Source of the DNA: Auanema rhodensis
Lineage: Eukaryota > Animalia > Nematoda
Assembly: GCA_964057225.1 (NCBI GenBank)
Contig: OZ059895.1
Location: forward strand, 682,001 to 746,000
Direction of reading: 5' to 3'
DNA length: 64,000 bases
Shown: in pieces, positions 1 through 10,600 of the stretch
How positions within the stretch are numbered: position 1 is the first letter of the stretch
Layout: the number at the start of each line of letters is the position of its first letter
Program-made: the position numbers and the translations under genes
The notes under the pieces: generated by a model
Told to the model about the DNA's origin: nothing
Seen by the model: the letters and a program-made list of their open reading frames with translations, nothing else
The model's database searches: none

Positions 1-14
1 TGATGCATTAGTGT

Positions 15-42
15 ATGTTGAGTTTCCATGTACACTCAACAT
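15..42. other. Perfect 9-bp inverted repeat H1 (ATGTTGAGT-n10-ACTCAACAT), present in essentially every monomer
   Basis: 15-23 atgttgagt is the exact reverse complement of 34-42 actcaacat; the loop is ttccatgtac. Confidence 0.92.
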
Positions 43-49
43 TGCTTCC

Positions 50-115
50 AAAAACATTTTGACAAAAATTTTTTCGAAAAATTTCAAAATAATGTAGCAA
101 AAAGTAGATGTTTTT
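50..115. other. A/T-tract dyad H2 centred on TTTTTCGAAAAA, with outer arms
   Basis: 70-81 tttttcgaaaaa is a perfect palindrome; 56-62 attttga pairs with 84-90 tcaaaat; alternatively 50-57 aaaaacat pairs with 108-115 atgttttt. Confidence 0.8.
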
Positions 116-192
116 AGATTCCTTTTTTCAAGGCGAAGACGATGGACAAAGTTATTCAACGAAAAAATTGATTCTTCAGGGTGAAAATCGAG

Positions 193-214
193 GATATAAG
201 TGTGAACTTATATC
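193..214. other. Perfect 9-bp inverted repeat H3 (GATATAAGT-GTGA-ACTTATATC) with 4-nt loop, present in essentially every monomer
   Basis: 193-201 gatataagt is the exact reverse complement of 206-214 acttatatc; the loop gtga matches GNRA on the + strand. Confidence 0.92.
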
Positions 215-1628
215 AGTTGATATCTCGGTGCATTTTTAAGTTAGCGCAAATCTGATAACAGAGATCGACGCAGCTTACAAATCCGCATCGAATGCACTAC
301 ACTACATTGAGAAACGCTTAATATAAAAATTAGTTATGATCGTTTGAAAAATGATGCATTAGTGTATGTTGAGTTTCCATGTACACTCAACATTGCTTCC
401 AAAAACATTTTGACAAAAATTTTTTCGAAAAATTTCAAAACAATTTAGCAAAAAGTAGATGTTTTTAGATTCCATTTTTCAAGGCAAAGACGATGGACAA
501 TGTTATTCAACGAAAAAAATAATTCTTCAGGGTGAAAATCGAGGATATAAGTGTGAACTTATATCAGTTGATATCTTGGTGCATTTTTAAGCTAGCGCAA
601 ATCTGATAACACAGATCGACGCAGCTTAAAAATCCGCATCGAATGCACTATACTACATTGAAAAACGCTTGATACAAAAATTAGTTATGATCGTTTGAAA
701 AATGATGCATTAGTGTATGTTGAGTTTCCATGTACACTCAACATTGCTTCCAAAAACATTTTGACAAAAATTTTTTCGAAAAATTTCAAAATAATGTAGC
801 AAAAAGTAGATGTTTTTAGATTCCTTTTTTCAAGGCGAAGACGATGGACAAAGTTATTCAATGAAAAAATTGATTCTTCAGGGTGAAAATCGAGGATATA
901 AGTGTGAACTTATATCAGTTGATATCTCGGTGCATTTTTAAGTTAGCGCAAATCTGATAACACAGATCGACGCAGCTTACAAATCCGCATCGAATGCACT
1001 ATACTACATTGAGAAACGCTTGATACAAAAATTAGTTATGATCGTTTGAAAAATGATGCATTAGTGTATGTTGAGTTTCCATGTACACTCAACATTGCTT
1101 CCAAAAACATTTTGACAAAAATTTTTTCGAAAAATTTCAAAATAATGTAGCAAAAAGTAGATGTTTTTAGATTCCATTTTTCAAGGCAAAGACGATGGAC
1201 AATGTTATTCAACGAAAAAAATAATTCTTCAGGGTGAAAATCGAGGATATAAGTGTGAACTTATATCAGTTGATATCTTGGTGCATTTTTAAGCTAGCGC
1301 AAATCTGATAACACAGATCGACGCAGCTTAAAAATCCGCATCGAATGCACTATACTACATTGAGAAACGCTTGATACAAAAATTAGTTATAATTGTTTGA
1401 AAAATGATGCATTAGTGTATGTTGAGTTTCCATGTACACTCAACATTGCTTCCAAAAACATTTTGACAAAAATTTTTTCGAAAAATTTCAAAATAATTTA
1501 GCAAAAAGTAGATGTTTTTAAATTCCTTTTTTCAAGGCAAAGACGATGGACAATGTTATTCAACGAAAAAATTAATTCTTCAGGGTGAAAATCGAGGATA
1601 TAAGTGTAAACTTATATCAGTTGATATC

Positions 1629-1695
1629 TCGGTGCATTTTTAAGCTAGCGCAAATCTGATAACACAGATCGACGCAGCTTAAAAATCCGCATCGA
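1629..1695. other. Long imperfect hairpin H4 (monomer positions 225-291), shown in copy 5
   Basis: 1636-1646 atttttaagct and 1676-1686 agcttaaaaat form a perfect 11-bp stem. Inner gcg/cgc and atctg/cagat stems close a 6-nt loop. The outer stem tcggtgc/gcatcga has one G-T pair. Confidence 0.8.
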
Positions 1696-4600
1696 ATGCA
1701 CTATACTACATTGAGAAACGCTTAATACAAAAATTAGTTATGATCGTTTGAAAAATGATGCATTAGTGTATGTTGAGTTTCCATGTACACTCAACATTGC
1801 TTCCAAAAACATTTTGACAAAAATTTTTTCGAAAAATTTCAAAATAATGTAGCAAAAAGTAGATGTTTTTAGATTCCTTATTTCAAGGCAAAAACGATAA
1901 ACAATGTTATTCAACGAAAAAATTAATTCTTCAGTGTGAAAATCGAGGATATAAGTGTGAACTTATATCAGTTGATATCTCGGTGCATTTTTAAGTTAGC
2001 GCAAATCTGATAACACAGATCGACGCAGCTCACAAATCCGCATCGAATGCACTATACTACATTGAGAAACGCTTGATACAAAAATTAGTTATGATCGTTT
2101 GAAAAATGATGCATTAGTGTATGTTGAGTTTCCATGTACACTCAACATTGCTTCCAAAAACATTTTGACAAAAATTTTTTCGAAAAATTTCAAAATAATG
2201 TAGCAAAAAGTAGATGTTTTTAGATTCCTTTTTTCAAGGCGAAGACGATGGACAAAGTTATTCAACGAAAAAATTGATTCTTCAGGGTGAAAATCGAGGA
2301 TATAAGTGTGAACTTATATCAGTTGATATCTCGGTGCATTTTTAAGTTAGCGCAAATCTGATAACAGAGATCGACGCAGCTTACAAATCCGCATCGAATG
2401 CACTACACTACATTGAGAAACGCTTAATATAAAAATTAGTTATGATCGTTTGAAAAATGATGCATTAGTGTATGTTGAGTTTCCATGTACACTCAACATT
2501 GCTTCCAAAAACATTTTGACAAAAATTTTTTCGAAAAATTTCAAAACAATTTAGCAAAAAGTAGATGTTTTTAGATTCCATTTTTCAAGGCAAAGACGAT
2601 GGACAATGTTATTCAACGAAAAAAATAATTCTTCAGGGTGAAAATCGAGGATATAAGTGTGAACTTATATCAGTTGATATCTCGGTGCATTTTTAAGTTA
2701 GCGCAAATCTGATAACACAGATCGACGCAGCTCACAAATCCGCATCGAATGCACTATACTACATTGAGAAACGCTTGATACAAAAATTAGTTATGATCGT
2801 TTGAAAAATGATGCATTAGTGTATGTTGAGTTTCCATGTACACTCAACATTGCTTCCAAAAACATTTTGACAAAAATTTTTTCGAAAAATTTCAAAATAA
2901 TGTAGCAAAAAGTAGATGTTTTTAGATTCCTTTTTTCAAGGCGAAGACGATGGACAAAGTTATTCAACGAAAAAATTGATTCTTCAGGGTGAAAATCGAG
3001 GATATAAGTGTGAACTTATATCAGTTGATATCTCGGTGCATTTTTAAGTTAGCGCAAATCTGATAACAGAGATCGACGCAGCTTACAAATCCGCATCGAA
3101 TGCACTACACTACATTGAGAAACGCTTAATATAAAAATTAGTTATGATCGTTTGAAAAATGATGCATTAGTGTATGTTGAGTTTCCATGTACACTCAACA
3201 TTGCTTCCAAAAACATTTTGACAAAAATTTTTTCGAAAAATTTCAAAACAATTTAGCAAAAAGTAGATGTTTTTAGATTCCATTTTTCAAGGCAAAGACG
3301 ATGGACAATGTTATTCAACGAAAAAAATAATTCTTCAGGGTGAAAATCGAGGATATAAGTGTGAACTTATATCAGTTGATATCTTGGTGCATTTTTAAGC
3401 TAGCGCAAATCTGATAACACAGATCGACGCAGCTTAAAAATCCGCATCGAATGCACTATACTACATTGAAAAACGCTTGATACAAAAATTAGTTATGATC
3501 GTTTGAAAAATGATGCATTAGTGTATGTTGAGTTTCCATGTACACTCAACATTGCTTCCAAAAACATTTTGACAAAAATTTTTTCGAAAAATTTCAAAAT
3601 AATGTAGCAAAAAGTAGATGTTTTTAGATTCCTTTTTTCAAGGCGAAGACGATGGACAAAGTTATTCAACGAAAAAATTGATTCTTCAGGGTGAAAATCG
3701 AGGATATAAGTGTGAACTTATATCAGTTGATATCTCGGTGCATTTTTAAGTTAGCGCAAATCTGATAACACAGATCGACGCAGCTTACAAATCCGCATCG
3801 AATGCACTATACTACATTGAGAAACGCTTGATACAAAAATTAGTTATGATCGTTTGAAAAATGATGCATTAGTGTATGTTGAGTTTCCATGTACACTCAA
3901 CATTGCTTCCAAAAACATTTTGACAAAAATTTTTTCGAAAAATTTCAAAATAATGTAGCAAAAAGTAGATGTTTTTAGATTCCATTTTTCAAGGCAAAGA
4001 CGATGGACAATGTTATTCAACGAAAAAAATAATTCTTCAGGGTGAAAATCGAGGATATAAGTGTGAACTTATATCAGTTGATATCTTGGTGCATTTTTAA
4101 GCTAGCGCAAATCTGATAACACAGATCGACGCAGCTTAAAAATCCGCATCGAATGCACTATACTACATTGAAAAACGCTTGATACAAAAATTAGTTATGA
4201 TCGTTTGAAAAATGATGCATTAGTGTATGTTGAGTTTCCATGTACACTCAACATTGCTTCCAAAAACATTTTGACAAAAATTTTTTCGAAAAATTTCAAA
4301 ATAATGTAGCGAAAAGTAGATGTTTTTAGATTCCTTTTTTCAAGGCGAAGACGATGGACAAAGTTATTCAACGAAAAAATTGATTCTTCAGGGTGAAAAT
4401 CGAGGATATAAGTGTGAACTTATATCAGTTGATATCTCGGTGCATTTTTAAGTTAGCGCAAAACTGATAACACAGATCGACGCAGCTTACAAATCCGCAT
4501 CGAATGCACTATACTACATTGAGAAACGCTTGATACAAAAATTAGTTATGATCGTTTGAAAAATGATGCATTAGTGTATGTTGAGTTTCCATGTGCACTC

Positions 4601-7600
4601 AACATTGCTTCCAAAAACATTTTGACAAAAATTTTTTCGAAAAATTTCAAAATAATTTAGCAAAAAGTAGATGTTTTTAGATTCCATTTTTCAAGGCAAA
4701 GACGATGGACAATGTTATTTAACGAAAAAATTAATTCTTCAGTGTGAAAATCGAGGATATAAGTGTGAACTTATATCAGTTGATATCTCGGTGCATTTTT
4801 AAGCTAGCGCAAATCTGATAACACAGATCGACGCAGCTTAAAAATCCGCATCGAATGCACTATACTACATTGAGAAACGCTTGATACAAAAATTAGTTAT
4901 GATCGTTTGAAAAATGATGCATTAGTGTATGTTGAGTTTCCATGTACACTCAACATTGCTTCCAAAAACATTTTGACAAAAATTTTTTCGAAAAATTTCA
5001 AAATAATTTAGCAAAAAGTAGATGTTTTTAGATTCCTTTTTTCAAGGCAAAGACGATGGACAATGTTATTCAACGAAAAAATTATTCCTTCAGGGTGAAA
5101 ATCGAGGATATAAGTGTGAACTTATATCAGTTGATATCTCGGTGCATTTTTAAGCTAGCGCAAATCTGATAACAGAGATCGACGCAGCTTAAAAATCCGC
5201 ATCGAATGCACTATACTACATTGAGAAACGCTTGATACAAAAATTAGTTATGATCGTTTGAAAAATGATGCATTAGTGTATGTTGAGTTTCCATGTACAC
5301 TCAACATTGCTTCCAAAAACATTTTGACAAAAATTTTTTCGAAAAATTTCAAAATAATTTAGCAAAAAGTAGATGTTTTTAGATTCCTTTTTTCAAGGCG
5401 AAGACGATGGACAAAGTTATTCAACGAAAAAATTGATTCTTCAGGGTGAAAATCGAGGATATAAGTGTGAACTTATATCAGTTGATATCTCGGTGCATTT
5501 TTAAGCTAGCGCAAAGCTGATAACACAGATCGACGCAGCTTAAAAATCCGCATCGAATGCACTATACTACATTGAGAAACGCTTGATACAAAAATTAGTT
5601 ATGATCGTTTGAAAAATGATGCATTAGTGTATGTTGAGTTTCCATGTACACTCAACATTGCTTCCAAAAACATTTTGACAAAAATTTTTTCGAAAAATTT
5701 CAAAATAATGTAGCAAAAAGTAGATGTTTTTAGATTCCTTTTTTCAAGGCGAAGACGATGGACAAAGTTATTCAACGAAAAAATTGATTCTTCAGGGTGA
5801 AAATCGAGGATATAAGTGTGAACTTATATCAGTTGATATCTCGGTGCATTTTTAAGTTAGCGCAAATCTGATAACACAGATCGACGCAGCTTACAAATCC
5901 GCATCGAATGCACTATATTACATTGAAAAACGCTTGATACAAAAATTAGTTATGATCGTTTGAAAAATGATGCATTAGTGTATGTTGAGTTTCCATGTAC
6001 ACTCAACATTGCTTCCAAAAACATTTTGACAAAAATTTTTTCGAAAAATTTCAAAATAATTTAGCAAAAAGTAGATGTTTTTAGATTCCATTTTTCAAGG
6101 CAAAGACGATGGACAATGTTATTCAACGAAAAAATTAATTCTTCAGTGTGAAAATCGAGGATATAAGTGTGAACTTATATCAGTTGATATCTCGGTGCAT
6201 TTTTAAGCTAGCGCATATCTGATAACACAGATCGACGCAGCTTAAAAATCCGCATCGAATGCACTATACTACATTGAGAAACGCTAAATACAAAAATTAG
6301 TTATGATCGTTTGAAAAATGATGCATTAGTGTATGTTGAGTTTCCATGTACACTCAACATTGCTTCCAAAAACATTTTGACAAAAATTTTTTCGAAAAAT
6401 TTCAAAATAATGTAGCAAAAAGTAGATGTTTTTAGATTCCTTATTTCAAGGCAAAAACGATAGACAATGTTATTCAACGAAAAAATTAATTCTTCAGTGT
6501 GAAAGTCGAGGATATAAGTGTGAACTTATATCAGTTGATATCTCGGTGCATTTTTAAGTTAGCGCAAATCTGATAACACAGATCGACGCAGCTCACAAAT
6601 CCGCATCGAATGCACTATACTACATTGAGAAACGCTTGATACAAAAATTAGTTATGATCGTTTGAAAAATGATGCATTAGTGTATGTTGAGTTTCCATGT
6701 ACACTCAACATTGCTTCCAAAAACATTTTGACAAAAATTTTTTCGAAAAATTTCAAAATAATGTAGCAAAAAGTAGATGTTTTTAGATTCCTTATTTCAA
6801 GGCAAAAACGATAGACAATGTTATTCAACGAAAAAATTAATTCTTCAGTGTGAAAGTCGAGGATATAAGTGTGAACTTATATCAGTTGATATCTCGGTGC
6901 ATTTTTAAGTTAGCGCAAATCTGATAACACAGATCGACGCAGCTCACAAATCCGCATCGAATGCACTATACTACATTGAGAAACGCTTGATACAAAAATT
7001 AGTTATGATCGTTTGAAAAATGATGCATTAGTGTATGTTGAGTTTCCATGTACACTCAACATTGCTTCCAAAAACATTTTGACAAAAATTTTTTCGAAAA
7101 ATTTCAAAATAATGTAGCAAAAAGTAGATGTTTTTAGATTCCATTTTTCAAGGCAAAGACGATGGACAATGTTATTCAACGAAAAAAATAATTCTTCAGG
7201 GTGAAAATCGAGGATATAAGTGTGAACTTATATCAGTTGATATCTTGGTGCATTTTTAAGTTAGCGCAAATCTGATAACACAGATCGACGCAGCTCACAA
7301 ATCCGCATCGAATGCACTATACTACATTGAGAAACGCTTGATACAAAAATTAGTTATGATCGTTTGAAAAATGATGCATTAGTGTATGTTGAGTTTCCAT
7401 GTACACTCAACATTGCTTCCAAAAACATTTTGACAAAAATTTTTTCGAAAAATTTCAAAATAATGTAGCAAAAAGTAGATGTTTTTAGATTCCTTATTTC
7501 AAGGCAAAAACGATAGACAATGTTATTCAACGAAAAAATTAATTCTTCAGTGTGAAAGTCGAGGATATAAGTGTGAACTTATATCAGTTGATATATCGGT

Positions 7601-10600
7601 GCATTTTTAAGTTAGCGCAAATCTGATAACACAGATCGACGCAGCTCACAAATCCGCATCGAATGCACTATACTACATTGAGAAACGCTTGATACAAAAA
7701 TTAGTTATGATCGTTTGAAAAATGATGCATTAGTGTATGTTGAGTTTCCATGTACACTCAACATTGCTTCCAAAAACATTTTGACAAAAATTTTTTCGAA
7801 AAATTTCAAAATAATGTAGCAAAAAGTAGATGTTTTTAGATTCCTTATTTCAAGGCAGAAACGATAGACAATGTTATTCAACGAAAAAATTAATTCTTCA
7901 GTGTGAAAGTCGAGGATATAAGTGTGAACTTATATCAGTTGATATCTCGGTGCATTTTTAAGTTAGCGCAAATCTGATAACACAGATCGACGCAGCTCAC
8001 AAATCCGCATCGAATGCACTATACTACATTGAGAAACGCTTGATACAAAAATTAGTTATGATCGTTTGAAAAATGATGCATTAGTGTATGTTGAGTTTCC
8101 ATGTACACTCAACATTGCTTCCAAAAACATTTTGACAAAAATTTTTTCGAAAAATTTCAAAATAATGTAGCAAAAAGTAGATGTTTTTAGATTCCATTTT
8201 TCAAGGCAAAGACGATGGACAATGTTATTCAACGAAAAAAATAATTCTTCAGGGTGAAAATCGAGGATATAAGTGTGAACTTATATCAGTTGATATCTTG
8301 GTGCATTTTTAAGCTAGCGCAAATCTGATAACACAGATCGACGCAGCTTAAAAATCCGCATCGAATGCACTATACTACATTGAAAAACGCTTGATACAAA
8401 AATTAGTTATGATCGTTTGAAAAATGATGCATTAGTGTATGTTGAGTTTCCATGTGCACTCAACATTGCTTCCAAAAACATTTTGACAAAAATTTTTTCG
8501 AAAAATTTCAAAATAATTTAGCAAAAAGTAGATGTTTTTAGATTCCATTTTTCAAGGCAAAGACGATGGACAATGTTATTTAACGAAAAAATTAATTCTT
8601 CAGTGTGAAAATCGAGGATATAAGTGTGAACTTATATCAGTTGATATCTCGGTGCATTTTTAAGCTAGCGCAAATCTGATAACACAGATCGACGCAGCTT
8701 AAAAATCCGCATCGAATGCACTATACTACATTGAGAAACGCTTGATACAAAAATTAGTTATGATCGTTTGAAAAATGATGCATTAGTGTATGTTGAGTTT
8801 CCATGTACACTCAACATTGCTTCCAAAAACATTTTGACAAAAATTTTTTCGAAAAATTTCAAAATAATGTAGCAAAAAGTAGATGTTTTTAGATTCCTTT
8901 TTTCAAGGCGAAGACGATGGACAAAGTTATTCAACGAAAAAATTGATTCTTCAGGGTGAAAATCGAGGATATAAGTGTGAACTTATATCAGTTGATATCT
9001 CGGTGCATTTTTAAGCTAGCGCAAATCTGATAACACAGATCGACGCAGCTTAAAAATCCGCATCGAATGCACTATACTACATTGAGAAACGCTTGATACA
9101 AAAATTAGTTATGATCGTTTGAAAAATGATGCATTAGTGTATGTTGAGTTTCCATGTACACTCAACATTGCTTCCAAAAACATTTTGACAAAAATTTTTT
9201 CGAAAAATTTCAAAATAATGTAGCAAAAAGTAGATGTTTTTAGATTCCTTTTTTCAAGGCGAAGACGATGGACAAAGTTATTCAACGAAAAAATTGATTC
9301 TTCAGGGTGAAAATCGAGGATATAAGTGTGAACTTATATCAGTTGATATCTCGGTGCATTTTTAAGCTAGCGCAAATCTGATAACACAGATCGACGCAGC
9401 TTAAAAATCCGCATCGAATGCACTATACTACATTGAGAAACGCTAAATACAAAAATTAGTTATGATCGTTTGAAAAATGATGCATTAGTGTATGTTGAGT
9501 TTCCATGTACACTCAACATTGCTTCCAAAAACATTTTGACAAAAATTTTTTCGAAAAATTTCAAAATAATGTAGCAAAAAGTAGATGTTTTTAGATTCCT
9601 TATTTCAAGGCAAAAACGATAGACAATGTTATTCAACGAAAAAATTAATTCTTCAGTGTGAAAATCGAGGATATAAGTGTGAACTTATATCAGTTGATAT
9701 CTCGGTGCATTTTTAAGCTAGCGCAAATCTGATAACACAGATCGACGCAGCTTAAAAATCCGCATCGAATGCACTATACTACATTGAGAAACGCTTGATA
9801 CAAAAATTAGTTATGATCGTTTGAAAAATGATGCATTAGTGTATGTTGAGTTTCCATGTACACTCAACATTGCTTCCAAAAACATTTTGACAAAAATTTT
9901 TTCGAAAAATTTCAAAATAATGTAGCAAAAAGTAGATGTTTTTAGATTCCTTTTTTCAAGGCGAAGACGATGGACAAAGTTATTCAACGAAAAAATTGAT
10001 TCTTCAGATTGAAAATCGAGGATATAAGTGTGAACTTATATCAGTTGATATCTCGGTGCATTTTTAAGTTAGCGCAAATCTGATAACAGAGATCGACGCA
10101 GCTTACAAATCCGCATCGAATGCACTACACTACATTGAGAAACGCTTAATATAAAAATTAGTTATGATCGTTTGAAAAATGATGCATTAGTGTATGTTGA
10201 GTTTCCATGTACACTCAACATTGCTTCCAAAAACATTTTGACAAAAATTTTTTCGAAAAATTTCAAAATAATGTAGCAAAAAGTAGATGTTTTTAGATTC
10301 CTTTTTTCAAGGCGAAGACGATGGACAAAGTTATTCAACGAAAAAATTGATTCTTCAGATTGAAAATCGAGGATATAAGTGTGAACTTATATCAGTTGAT
10401 ATCTCGGTGCATTTTTAAGTTAGCGCAAATCTGATAACAGAGATCGACGCAGCTTACAAATCCGCATCGAATGCACTACACTACATTGAGAAACGCTTAA
10501 TATAAAAATTAGTTATGATCGTTTGAAAAATGATGCATTAGTGTATGTTGAGTTTCCATGTACACTCAACATTGCTTCCAAAAACATTTTGACAAAAATT

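Larger units (their letters stand above)
1..351. repeat. Representative 351-bp monomer (arbitrary phase)
   Basis: The next copy starts at 352. About 113/351 G+C and 13 CpG by hand count; many A4-6/T4-6 tracts; one EcoRV (gatatc) and four TaqI (tcga) sites. Confidence 0.98.

Noticed and set aside
148-164. CENP-B box-like motif (minus strand TTTCGTTGAATAAC)
   Set aside because: It matches the TTCG....A part but lacks the essential CGGG. The region is variable and is partly deleted in the 330-bp copies.
120-185. Hammerhead ribozyme, as in newt Sat2, schistosome SM-alpha or Dolichopoda satellites (minus strand has CUGAAGA at 173-179)
   Set aside because: No stem II closes onto a correctly placed GAAA, and I found no stems I/III. 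The box is mutated in the 350-bp copies, and the + strand ctgataa lacks the conserved G. An Infernal/Rfam search would be the definitive test.
193-240. Rho-independent terminator or bacterial promoter
   Set aside because: The stem is AT-rich with no adjacent U-tract, there is no gene context, and the region looks like eukaryotic satellite.
1-351. Coding tandem repeat (351 = 117 codons)
   Set aside because: The ORF track shows no long ORF in any frame, the frame I traced by hand has several stops per monomer, and +1/-1/+2 indels are tolerated.
1-351. rDNA/5S, tRNA, snRNA or histone gene repeat unit
   Set aside because: No recognisable 5S, tRNA cloverleaf, A/B boxes or coding sequence in the monomer.
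1-351. Internal ~175-bp direct dimer structure
   Set aside because: By-eye comparison of the halves shows no sequence similarity beyond short A/T words. Only the hairpin spacing matches.
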